Assembly (NCBI RefSeq): GCF_000023205.1
Contig: NC_012803.1
Span: 1,980,001-2,012,000, forward strand
DNA from: Micrococcus luteus NCTC 2665
GTDB lineage: Bacteria > Actinomycetota > Actinomycetes > Actinomycetales > Micrococcaceae
DNA: 32,000 nucleotides
Direction of reading: 5' to 3'
The notes beneath the pieces are model-generated. The model worked only from the letters and a program-made list of their open reading frames with translations. It made no database searches and was not told the DNA's origin. Made by a program: the position numbers and the translations under genes. This document shows, in pieces, positions 22,897 through 30,872 of the stretch. Each line of letters starts with the position of its first letter. Positions within the stretch are counted from its first letter, which is position 1.

Positions 22897-24191
22897 TTCG
22901 CTCCCTCCGTCTCGGGCACGGTGATCTCGCCGCGCTCGGCCTTGAGTCCGATGTCCGTGCGCCACTGGGCGCCGTCGAACCGGATGCGCTCGACGCCCGC
23001 GTAGGCCCGCTGCCGCGCCTGGGCCAGGTCCGTCCCGCGCCCGACGACGGCCAGCACCCGGCCGCCCGCCGTCACCACGTCCTCACCGGACGCCGCGGTG
23101 CCGGCGTGGATCACGTGCACGCCCTCGAGGGCGGCCGCGTCGGCCAGCCCGGTGATCACGTCGCCCCGCGAGGAGGAGGCCGGGTAGCCGGCCGAGGCCA
23201 TGACCACGTCCACGGCGACGTCGTCGCTCCACTCGAGCCGACGGTCCGCGCCGAGCCGGCCGGCCGCCGCGTCGGCGAGCAGCCCGCCCAGGGGCGTCTC
23301 GAGGCGGGCGAGCACGGCCTGGGTCTCGGGGTCGCCGAAGCGCACGTTGAACTCGATGACCTCCACGCCCTTGGCGGTCACGGCCAGGCCGCAGAACAGC
23401 ACGCCCGTGAACGGGACGCCGCGGCGGGCCATCTCGGCGAGCACGGGGCGGGCCACCCGGTCCATGACCTCGTCCGTGAAGCCCTCGGGCAGCCACGGCA
23501 GCGGCGTGTAGGCGCCCATGCCGCCGGTGTTGGGGCCGGCGTCGCCGTCGTGGATGCGCTTGAAGTCCTGCGCGGGGGTGAGGGCGACGGCGTCCTCGCC
23601 GTCGCAGATCACGAAGAGGGAGACCTCGGGGCCGTCCAGGAAGTCCTCGATCACCACGGTGCCGCCGGCGGCGAAGCAGGCCTCGGCGTGGGCGAGGGCC
23701 TCGGCGCGGTCGGAGGTGACCACGACGCCCTTGCCCGCGGCCAGGCCGTCGTCCTTGACGACGTGCGGGGCGCCGAACTCGTCGAGGGCGGCGGCGGCCT
23801 CCGCGGCGGTGGTGCACACGCGGGAGCCAGCGGTGGGCACGCCTGCGGCGGACATGACCTCCTTGGCGAAGGCCTTGGACGCCTCGAGCTGCGCGGCGGC
23901 CTGCGAGGGGCCGAACACGGCGAACCCGGCCTCGCGCAGGGCGTCGGAGACGCCGGCGGCCAACGGGGCCTCGGGACCGACGACGACGAGGTCGGCTCCC
24001 AGCTCGCGCGCGAGCTCCACGACGGCGGCCGGGTCGGTGGCCTCGACGGCGTGGAGAGTGGCGAGGCCGGCCATGCCGGCGTTGCCGGGCGCCGCGTGGA
24101 GGGCGCTGACCTGCGGATCACGGGAGAGGGCGGTGAGCAGCGCGTGTTCGCGGCCGCCGTTGCCGAGCACAAGGGTCTTCACGAGCCTCAA
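22893..24191 (-). CDS. purD: Phosphoribosylamine-glycine ligase
   Basis: VLVLGNGGREHAL, VVGPEAPL, ATP-grasp core VVKDDGLAAGKGV, EEFL-type IEDFLDGPE, GPNTGGMGAY. The start is ambiguous: TTG 24191 or GTG 24182. Confidence 0.9.
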   Translation of the reverse strand: MRLVKTLVLGNGGREHALLTALSRDPQVSALHAAPGNAGMAGLATLHAVEATDPAAVVELARELGADLVVVGPEAPLAAGVSDALREAGFAVFGPSQAAAQLEASKAFAKEVMSAAGVPTAGSRVCTTAAEAAAALDEFGAPHVVKDDGLAAGKGVVVTSDRAEALAHAEACFAAGGTVVIEDFLDGPEVSLFVICDGEDAVALTPAQDFKRIHDGDAGPNTGGMGAYTPLPWLPEGFTDEVMDRVARPVLAEMARRGVPFTGVLFCGLAVTAKGVEVIEFNVRFGDPETQAVLARLETPLGGLLADAAAGRLGADRRLEWSDDVAVDVVMASAGYPASSSRGDVITGLADAAALEGVHVIHAGTAASGEDVVTAGGRVLAVVGRGTDLAQARQRAYAGVERIRFDGAQWRTDIGLKAERGEITVPETEGAK

Positions 24192-24223
24192 GCCTACGCG
24201 GTGGCCCTGGCCCGGCCTGGCCC

Positions 24224-24514
24224 GTGGCCCCTACGGTGGAGCGCATGACGATGCCTCCCCTCCACCACGGTCAGCCCGGCGACGACGGTGACCCCCGTGA
24301 CCCCCGCCACCGGCCCGGTGCGGGGCTGGGACCCGGGCTGCGCACGGCCTGGATGTTCGTCGGCGTGATGTTCACGTGCGCCCTGATCGTCTTCTGGACG
24401 CTGCGGGGGCTCGGCGTCGAGCGCGGCGACCTCAGCCTGGCCGCCGCGCTCGGCGTGCTGGCGCTGGCCGCCGTCGCCGCGGCGGTGATCACCCGGTACG
24501 TGCGGCGCCGCTGA
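24224..24514 (+). CDS. Small two-TM membrane protein, function unknown
   Basis: Strong third-position G/C bias in this frame. Two hydrophobic helices (WMFVGVMFTCALIVFW and AAALGVLALAAVAAAVI). The start is ambiguous: GTG 24224 or ATG 24245. Confidence 0.45.
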   Translation: MAPTVERMTMPPLHHGQPGDDGDPRDPRHRPGAGLGPGLRTAWMFVGVMFTCALIVFWTLRGLGVERGDLSLAAALGVLALAAVAAAVITRYVRRR

Positions 24515-24556
24515 GCAGGACCGGGTCCGCGGGGGCCGGCCGCCCCGGCCTGCGCG

Positions 24557-25186
24557 TCAGCGGATGATGCGCCGTCGCCGGGCCTCGTCGACGGCGCGGG
24601 TGCGGTTGTCCACGCCGAGCTTCTGGAAGATGTGCACCAGGTGCGTCTTCACGGTGGCCTCGGAGATGAACAGCTCCTTCGCGGCCACCTTGTTCGTGGC
24701 GCCCCGCGCGATCAGCTCGAGCAGCTCGATCTCCCGCTCGGACAGCACCTCGGAGCCGCCGGACATGCGCCCCATCAGCGTGGCCGCGACCTGCGGGGCC
24801 AGGGCCTTGCGCCCCGCCGCCGCCTGCCGCACCGCCGAGGCGATCTCCTCGCTCGGGGCGTCCTTGAGCAGGTAGCCGGCGGCGCCCGCGTTCACGGCCG
24901 CGAGGATGTCCGCCTCCGTGTCGAAGGTCGTCAGGATCAGCACCTGCACCCCCGGCCACCGCTCCCGCACGGCGCGGGTGGCGGTCACGCCGTCCATGCC
25001 CGCGCCCATCTGCAGGTCCATCAGCACGACGTCCACCGCGGGCTCGCCCGCCTCCAGGACGCCGATCGCCTCCGCCCCGTCGGCGGCCTCGGCCACCACG
25101 GTCAGGTCCGGGTGCGCCTCGACGACGGCCCGCACCCCCGCCCGCACCACGGGGTGGTCGTCCACCAGCATCACGCGCACGCTCAT
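24557..25186 (-). CDS. NarL/LuxR-family response regulator
   Basis: 209 aa taken from the C-terminal part of the 733-aa track ORF. LVDDHPVVR, VLMDLQMGAGMDG, LILTTFD, GYLLKD. HTH LSEREIELLELIARGATNKVAAKELFISEATVKTHL. The ATG overlaps the kinase stop (ATGA). Confidence 0.9.
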   Translation of the reverse strand: MSVRVMLVDDHPVVRAGVRAVVEAHPDLTVVAEAADGAEAIGVLEAGEPAVDVVLMDLQMGAGMDGVTATRAVRERWPGVQVLILTTFDTEADILAAVNAGAAGYLLKDAPSEEIASAVRQAAAGRKALAPQVAATLMGRMSGGSEVLSEREIELLELIARGATNKVAAKELFISEATVKTHLVHIFQKLGVDNRTRAVDEARRRRIIR

Positions 25187-26559
25187 GCGGTCTCCTCGCT
25201 CTCGGTCTGCTCGGGATCCGCGCCCCGGCCGGCCCCGGCGGCGGCCAGCGGCACCCGCAGCGCCACCACAGTGCCCTCGCCGGGGGCCGACTCGACGGTG
25301 GCCTCGCCGCCCACCGCCGCGAGGCGCTCGCGCACGCTCGCCAGTCCCACGCCGGTCCCCGCCCCCGGGTCGGCACCGGTGGCTCCGGTCCGGGTGCGGG
25401 CCGCGACGACGGCCGGGTCGAACCCCGCGCCGTCGTCGGCCACGTCCACCGTCAGCTCGTCGCCGAGGTAGCCCAGCGTGACGCGGGCGCGATGGGCGCC
25501 CGCGTGGGCGCCGACGTTCGCCAGGGACGCCTGCACGGCGCGCAGCACGGCGGTCTCCACGGCCTCGGCGACCGCGACGGGCTCGCCCACGACCTCGACG
25601 TCCGCGGCCACGGGCGTCCCGGCGGCGGCCTGCCGGTCGGCGAAGCCGGTGACCGCGCGCTCGAGCGCCTCGACGAGGGACGGCGCCCCGGTGCCGCGCA
25701 GGTCGCGGACGAAGCGGCGGGACTCGGCGAGGTTCTCGGCGGCCGTGGCGCGCACGGTCTCCATGCGCTGCCGGGCCAGGGCGGGGTCGGCGGCGTCGAG
25801 CGCGTCCTGGGCCGCGCGCGAGACCAGCACGATCGAGGCCAGCCCCTGGGTGAGGGTGTCGTGGATCTCGCGGGCGAGCCGCTCCCGCTCGGCGCTCACC
25901 CCCGCCCGGTGCTCCGTGCGCGCGAGCTCCGCCTGCGCGGCGCGCAGCTGCTCGGCCACGGCACGCTGGCGCTCGGACTCGGCGTGCAGGGCACGGTACG
26001 CCTCGGAGAGCACCACGGCCACGGCGGCACCCACCAGCGGACCGATCACGGCCGGCACCCGCACGCCGCCGGCGCCCCCCGCCATCCCGGCCACCACGAC
26101 GACGGCCATCGCCACGACCAGCACGGGCCCGACCACGTGGCGCACCCACGCCTGCCGGGTCACCCGGCCGACCACGTGCAGGACGACGAAGAAGAGGGGG
26201 AAGGCGACCCACGCGAAGTCGCCGTGGTGGGCCACGAGCAGCCCCCACAGCATCAGCACCAGGGCCAGCCAGGCGACCGCCGGACCGCGGCCGACGTCGT
26301 CGCCCCGGGCCCACCGGCGCCGCTCCAGCACGGTCCCGGCCAGGTAGACGCCCGCCAGCGCGGCGGTCAGCAGCACCAGGGTGGTGGCCGGGAACGGACC
26401 GGACGCGTCCGGGGACCGGTCCGCGAGCGCACGCACCAGCCCCACGGTGAGCAGCGCGGCGAACGTGACGTGCAGGGCCACGCGCAGGCCGGCGAGCACG
26501 GCGGTGGTGCCGGTCTCGGTGGGCGCGGGGGGCACGGCGGCGCGGGGTGCGTCGGACAT
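25183..26559 (-). CDS. HisKA_3 (DesK/NarX-type) sensor histidine kinase with a multi-TM N-terminus
   Basis: H-box REIHDTLTQGLASI, preceded by a coiled-coil. ATPase motifs NVGAHAGA, DDGAGFD and GTGVGLASVRERL. Five or six hydrophobic helices in the N-terminal half. Confidence 0.88.
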   Translation of the reverse strand: MSDAPRAAVPPAPTETGTTAVLAGLRVALHVTFAALLTVGLVRALADRSPDASGPFPATTLVLLTAALAGVYLAGTVLERRRWARGDDVGRGPAVAWLALVLMLWGLLVAHHGDFAWVAFPLFFVVLHVVGRVTRQAWVRHVVGPVLVVAMAVVVVAGMAGGAGGVRVPAVIGPLVGAAVAVVLSEAYRALHAESERQRAVAEQLRAAQAELARTEHRAGVSAERERLAREIHDTLTQGLASIVLVSRAAQDALDAADPALARQRMETVRATAAENLAESRRFVRDLRGTGAPSLVEALERAVTGFADRQAAAGTPVAADVEVVGEPVAVAEAVETAVLRAVQASLANVGAHAGAHRARVTLGYLGDELTVDVADDGAGFDPAVVAARTRTGATGADPGAGTGVGLASVRERLAAVGGEATVESAPGEGTVVALRVPLAAAGAGRGADPEQTESEETA

Positions 26560-26633
26560 GGCTCCACCCTAGGGCGCGCCCCGGACGCGACAACGCCCCC
26601 GGGCCCCGGGGCCGCGCCGGTGCGCCGCCGGGA

Positions 26634-26649
26634 TCAACCATTCGGTTGA
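26634..26649. promoter_or_regulatory. Inverted repeat in the divergent promoter between the kinase and the ABC permease (candidate LuxR-type regulator site)
   Basis: TCAACC-ATTC-GGTTGA: 6-bp perfect arms, 7/8 if extended. It is the most AT-rich spot of a very GC-rich 186-bp intergenic region. Confidence 0.3.
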
Positions 26650-26745
26650 CCGGGTCCAGCCGCCGCGGGTGATGTCGCGACCCCTCCCCGCGCGAGACCG
26701 TGGAGGCAACCTCAGGACAGACCCCTTCAGGAAAGGACGCGCCCC

Positions 26746-27897
26746 GTGTTCCTCGCACTCCGCGACCTCCGCTTCGCCACCGGACGGTTCGCCCTCATGG
26801 GCTCCGTGGTGGCCCTCATCAGCCTGCTGCTCGTCATGCTCTCCGGCCTCACGGCCGGCCTGGGCGGACAGAACACCGCCGCGATCGACCGCCTCGGCGA
26901 GCAGCGCGTGCAGCGTCTGGTCTTCGGCGGCGCGGCGGGCCAGGAGCCCACCGCGTCGTTCACCCAGTCCGAGTTCACCGTGGCCCAGCGCGACGCGTGG
27001 GCGGCCACGGACGGCGTGGCCTCCGTCGAGCCGCTCGGGGTGAGCCAGGGCCGGGCCATCGGGCTCGAGCACCCCGTGGACACGGACCCGCAGGGCCGCG
27101 CGGACGTGTCCGGCGAGCCCACCACCGGCGTGGCCACCACCGCGTTCATCGGTCTCACCCCGGACGGCTCCGACGCGCCGGCCGGCGTCGAGCCGGGGGA
27201 GATCGTGCTCAGCCAGGACGTGGCCGACTCCCTCCACGCCCAGGCGGGTGACGCCGTCGCGGTCTCCGGCTTCGTCTACACCGTGGCCGACGTCGTGCCG
27301 ACCGAGTACTACTCCCACTCCCCCGTGACGTGGCTGGCGCTCGAGGACTGGAACGCCATCTCGCACACCGCCGACGACGCGGTGCTCGGCACCGCCGGCC
27401 TCGTGCGCTTCGACGCCGGCGCCGACGTCGACGCCGTGGCCGCCGCCGGCGACGACGCCGCGGGCACCGTCGCCGAGACCGTGAAGGGCTCCTACGCCGC
27501 CCTGCCCAGCTACCGGTCCGAGAACGGCTCCCTGATGACCATGCAGGGCTTCCTGTACGGCATCTCGGCGCTCGTGGTGATCGCGTTCCTGTCCATCTGG
27601 ACGGTGCAGCGCACCCGCGACATCGCGGTGCTCAAGGCCCTCGGCGGCTCGAACGGCTGGGTGCTGAAGGACTCGCTCGCGCAGGCCGCGTTCGTGCTCG
27701 TCGGGGGCGTGGCCGTGGGCACCGGGCTGGCCGCCGTGATCGGCGCGTTCGCGGGGCGTGCCGTCCCGTTCGAGCTCTCGTGGGCCACCACCGCGGTGCC
27801 CGCCGTCGGGGTCCTCGTGCTCGGCATGCTGGCCGCCGTCGTCGCGGTCTACCGCGTCACCCGGATCGACCCGCTGGTCGCCCTCGGCGGCAACTGA
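26746..27897 (+). CDS. FtsX/MacB-type ABC transporter permease
   Basis: GTG start with RBS GGAAAGGA. TM1, then a ~230-aa extracytoplasmic domain, then three C-terminal TMs (FtsX fold). DIAVLKALGG motif. Ends RIDPLVALGGN. Confidence 0.85.
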   Translation: MFLALRDLRFATGRFALMGSVVALISLLLVMLSGLTAGLGGQNTAAIDRLGEQRVQRLVFGGAAGQEPTASFTQSEFTVAQRDAWAATDGVASVEPLGVSQGRAIGLEHPVDTDPQGRADVSGEPTTGVATTAFIGLTPDGSDAPAGVEPGEIVLSQDVADSLHAQAGDAVAVSGFVYTVADVVPTEYYSHSPVTWLALEDWNAISHTADDAVLGTAGLVRFDAGADVDAVAAAGDDAAGTVAETVKGSYAALPSYRSENGSLMTMQGFLYGISALVVIAFLSIWTVQRTRDIAVLKALGGSNGWVLKDSLAQAAFVLVGGVAVGTGLAAVIGAFAGRAVPFELSWATTAVPAVGVLVLGMLAAVVAVYRVTRIDPLVALGGN

Positions 27898-27905
27898 CCG
27901 CCTCC

Positions 27906-27933
27906 GACGACGGCGCCGCCCGGCGCCGTCGTC
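27906..27933 (+). promoter_or_regulatory. Perfect 12-bp stem / 4-nt loop hairpin between the permease and ATPase genes
   Basis: GACGACGGCGCC-GCCC-GGCGCCGTCGTC. It begins 9 nt after the permease stop, and the ATPase RBS (GGAGAAAGGA) follows ~27 nt later. No U-tract. Confidence 0.4.
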
Positions 27934-27977
27934 CCCCTCGGCTCCGCCTCGCCCCCGCTTGGAGAAAGGACCTCCCC

Positions 27978-28775
27978 ATGACCGCCCTCACCGCCCCGCA
28001 GGCCGACCTCGACGCCCTCCGCACCCCGACCGCCGCGGCCGCCCACCGCATCGCCGGCGAGCGCCCCGCCGCCGCGGCCGACGCCACCCCCGCGCTGTCC
28101 GTGCGCGACCTCGTGCTGGAGTACCCGGACGGCGAGCGCGGCGTGCTGCGGGCCCTGGACGAGGTGAGCCTGGACCTGCTCCCCGGCACCTTCACCGCGA
28201 TGGTCGGCCCGTCCGGCTCGGGCAAGTCCTCCCTGCTGGCGGTGGCCGCGGGCCTCGTGACGCCCACCTCCGGCAGCGTGTCCGTGGCCGGCCGCGAGAT
28301 GGCCGGACTGTCCCGGAAGGAGCGCACCGCGCTGCGCGGCCAGGAGATCGGCATGATCTTCCAGCAGCCCAACCTCATCCCGTCCCTCACCGCGGCCGAG
28401 CAGCTCGAGCTGACCGTGCACCTGGACCGCGACGCCACCCGCGCCGACCGCAGGGCCGCCAAGGCCCGGGCCCTGGAGCTGCTCGAGCGCGTCGACCTGG
28501 CCGACCAGGCCGGCAAGCGCCCGCACCAGCTCTCGGGCGGCCAGCGGCAGCGCGTGAACATCGTGCGCGCGCTCATGGCCTCGCCGACGCTGCTGCTCGT
28601 GGACGAGCCCACCTCCGCCCTGGACCGCGAGCGTTCGGCCGCCGTCGTGGACCTGCTGGGCACGCTGACCCGCGAGGAGCAGGTGGCGACGCTCATGGTC
28701 ACACACGACCACGAGTTCCTCTCCGCCACGGACCGCACCCTGACCATGGTGGACGGGCGGCTCTCCGCGGAGTGA
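27978..28775 (+). CDS. ABC transporter ATP-binding protein (MacB/LolD-like)
   Basis: Walker A GPSGSGKSS. Q-loop FQQPNL. Signature LSGGQRQR. Walker B LLLVDEPTSALD. H-loop VTHD. Confidence 0.9.
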   Translation: MTALTAPQADLDALRTPTAAAAHRIAGERPAAAADATPALSVRDLVLEYPDGERGVLRALDEVSLDLLPGTFTAMVGPSGSGKSSLLAVAAGLVTPTSGSVSVAGREMAGLSRKERTALRGQEIGMIFQQPNLIPSLTAAEQLELTVHLDRDATRADRRAAKARALELLERVDLADQAGKRPHQLSGGQRQRVNIVRALMASPTLLLVDEPTSALDRERSAAVVDLLGTLTREEQVATLMVTHDHEFLSATDRTLTMVDGRLSAE

Positions 28776-28804
28776 GCCGCTGACGCCGCCGGACCCGGCC
28801 CACC

Positions 28805-28833
28805 GGCCCCGGACGCCCGGCGCGTCCGGGGCC
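28805..28833 (+). terminator. Stem-loop after the ABC ATPase gene (likely factor-independent terminator without a U-tract)
   Basis: GGCCCCGGACGC-CCGGC-GCGTCCGGGGCC: 12-bp perfect stem, 5-nt loop, 30 nt after the stop. Confidence 0.5.
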
Positions 28834-28851
28834 CTCGCTACCCTGGACCGC

Positions 28852-29925
28852 ATGACCCACGCCACCGTCGCCCCCGCGGGCGAGACCCTCGCCCTGTCCG
28901 ACGCCGTCGAGCTCGTGGAGACCGTCCGCAACGGCTTCGTCGAGTCCCGGACGGCGGGCGCCGCCGTCGTGACCGGCCCCGACGGGCGGGTGCTGGCCTC
29001 CCTCGGCCCCGCGGACGCGCTGATCTACCCGCGCTCCACGCTGAAGCCGTTCCAGGCCGTCGCGTCGCTGCGCCACGGGGCGGCGCTGGAGGGCGAGGCC
29101 CTGTCCATCGCGTGCGGCTCGCACCGGGGCACGCTCCGGCACCAGGCGCTGGCCGAGCGCATGCTCGCGGACGCCGGCCTCGACGCGTCCGCCCTGCGGT
29201 GCCCGCCGGCCTGGCCCGCGGACACCTCCGAGGTCGTGGCGCAGGTCCGCCGCGACGGCGAGGCCGCCGCCGCCACCCCGCTGGCCTTCAACTGCTCCGG
29301 CAAGCACGCCGGCTTCCTCGCGGCCTGCGCGGCGTCCGGGCACGACGTCGCCACGTACCTCGACCCGGCGCACCCGCTGCAGCGGGAGGTGGACGCGGTG
29401 ATCGCCGAGTACTGCGGGGAGCCTGTGGCCCACACCGGTGTGGACGGCTGCGGCGCCCCGGCCGCCGTCGTCTCGCTGGCGGGCCTGGCCCGCGGCATCG
29501 GGCGGGTCGCCGCGGCGCCCGGCCGCGCCGACGCGGATCCGCATGCGGCCGCTATCGCCACTGCGATGCTCGAGCACCCGTGGGCCGTCCACGGGGAGAC
29601 GAGCTCCAACACCGTGGTGATGCGCGAGCTCGGCCTGCTCGCCAAGGCGGGCGCGGACGGCGTGCTCGTCATGGCCGCGCCCGACGGCACGGCCGTGGCC
29701 GTCAAGGCGCTCGACGGCGGCACGCGGGCCGGCGACCTGGTCGCGCTCGCGCTGCTGGCCCGGTTCGCCCCGGACCACGTGGACCGCCGGAAGCTGCCGG
29801 GCGTGCTGGCCGCCGTCGTGCCCCCGGTGCTCGGCCGGGATGAGCCGGTCGGTGAGATCCGCCTGGCCGCGCCGGTACGGGACCTCGTGGGGGACGTCCT
29901 GCCGGCCTTCGAGGCGCGGGCGTGA
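28852..29925 (+). CDS. Asparaginase-II family (PF06089-like) protein
   Basis: YPRSTLKPFQA, IACGSHRG, AFNCSGKHAGFL, GVDGCGAP, AKAGADGV. The pattern is typical of this family as I recall it. Confidence 0.8.
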   Translation: MTHATVAPAGETLALSDAVELVETVRNGFVESRTAGAAVVTGPDGRVLASLGPADALIYPRSTLKPFQAVASLRHGAALEGEALSIACGSHRGTLRHQALAERMLADAGLDASALRCPPAWPADTSEVVAQVRRDGEAAAATPLAFNCSGKHAGFLAACAASGHDVATYLDPAHPLQREVDAVIAEYCGEPVAHTGVDGCGAPAAVVSLAGLARGIGRVAAAPGRADADPHAAAIATAMLEHPWAVHGETSSNTVVMRELGLLAKAGADGVLVMAAPDGTAVAVKALDGGTRAGDLVALALLARFAPDHVDRRKLPGVLAAVVPPVLGRDEPVGEIRLAAPVRDLVGDVLPAFEARA

Positions 29926-30323
29926 CCACCGGCTCCGTCCCGCGCCGCCGGGTGCCTGTCGTCGAGGGCCACGCGGCCCTGCTGGCGTGGGCACGCGCCC
30001 ACGAGGAGGACCCCGCGGCGGCCGCCGCGCTGCCGCGCCCCACGCGGGCCATGGCGGTGCGCTTCGCGCTCGAGGAGCTGGCGACCCGCGTGCCCGGGAA
30101 CTCGGTGGAGGTGCGCGTGCCGCCCTTCGGCGTCGCCCAGTGCCTCCCCGGACCCCGGCACACCCGCGGCACCCCGCCCAACGTGGTGGAGATGGACGCC
30201 GTGACATGGCTGTCTCTGGCGACGGGGCTGACGACCTGGGAGGACGCGACGGCGTCCGGGGGCGTGCGCACCTCGGGCGTGCGGGCCGACCTCGGCGCGC
30301 ACCTGCCGCTCGTGCGGCCGTGA
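29922..30323 (+). CDS. Actinobacterial sterol-carrier (SCP)-like family protein
   Basis: 133 aa. The GTG start overlaps the upstream stop (GTGA). Contains VRFALEELA..PGNSVEVRVPPFGAVQ-like and W..ATG segments. Family call is from memory and is moderate. Confidence 0.55.
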   Translation: MTTGSVPRRRVPVVEGHAALLAWARAHEEDPAAAAALPRPTRAMAVRFALEELATRVPGNSVEVRVPPFGVAQCLPGPRHTRGTPPNVVEMDAVTWLSLATGLTTWEDATASGGVRTSGVRADLGAHLPLVRP

Positions 30324-30464
30324 GCGAGGGGTGCCCGGCAGTCCTCTCGGCGGCACCGACCGTTCGAACGTCGGCACCGCTCCTCGTCCCGGGATGCAGG
30401 TCTGCCGATCCCGCCCCGGACACCCGGGACTGGCCCCAGCGGCCGACTCGATAGACTGGCGCGC

Positions 30465-30872
30465 ATGACCTCCGCCCCCGAGCCGACCCCCGATCAGCGC
30501 GCCTACACCGTCCGTCGCGCCCCGCGGCTGACCGCGGTGCTCGCGGTGGCGCTCGCGCTCGGCCTGCTGATCGCCCTCGTGATCACCACCGCGGTCCACG
30601 CCTCCCCCACCCCGCCCGCGGACCCGTACTCCGGCATCCCGCTCTCCTTCTCGGAGACGTTCGGCTTCGCGGCCCTGCTGAGCATGCTCGGCACCGGCGT
30701 GCTCGGACTGCTCGTGTGGCTGCTGCTGGACCGCCGCTCCCGGTCGACCGCGCGCACCGTGGTCCTCGAGCGCACCGACGACCCGGCCGTGGCGGACGTC
30801 CGCCTGGACCGCGTGGACGCGGGCGCCCCGCCCGCCCGCACCACCCCCACCGAAAGGACCCCCGAGCAGTGA
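30465..30872 (+). CDS. Two-TM membrane protein of unknown function upstream of purF
   Basis: 135-aa ORF with two clear hydrophobic helices. Its stop overlaps the purF GTG (GTGA). Confidence 0.5.
   Translation: MTSAPEPTPDQRAYTVRRAPRLTAVLAVALALGLLIALVITTAVHASPTPPADPYSGIPLSFSETFGFAALLSMLGTGVLGLLVWLLLDRRSRSTARTVVLERTDDPAVADVRLDRVDAGAPPARTTPTERTPEQ

Noticed and set aside
30386-30412. CGTTCGAACG core flanked by direct CGGCACCG repeats, sharing TTCGAACG with the 39-nt palindrome at 21904.
   Set aside because: Only a 10-bp palindrome and an 8-bp shared core are involved, which could easily be coincidence. It is mentioned under the palindrome finding and is not called as a feature.
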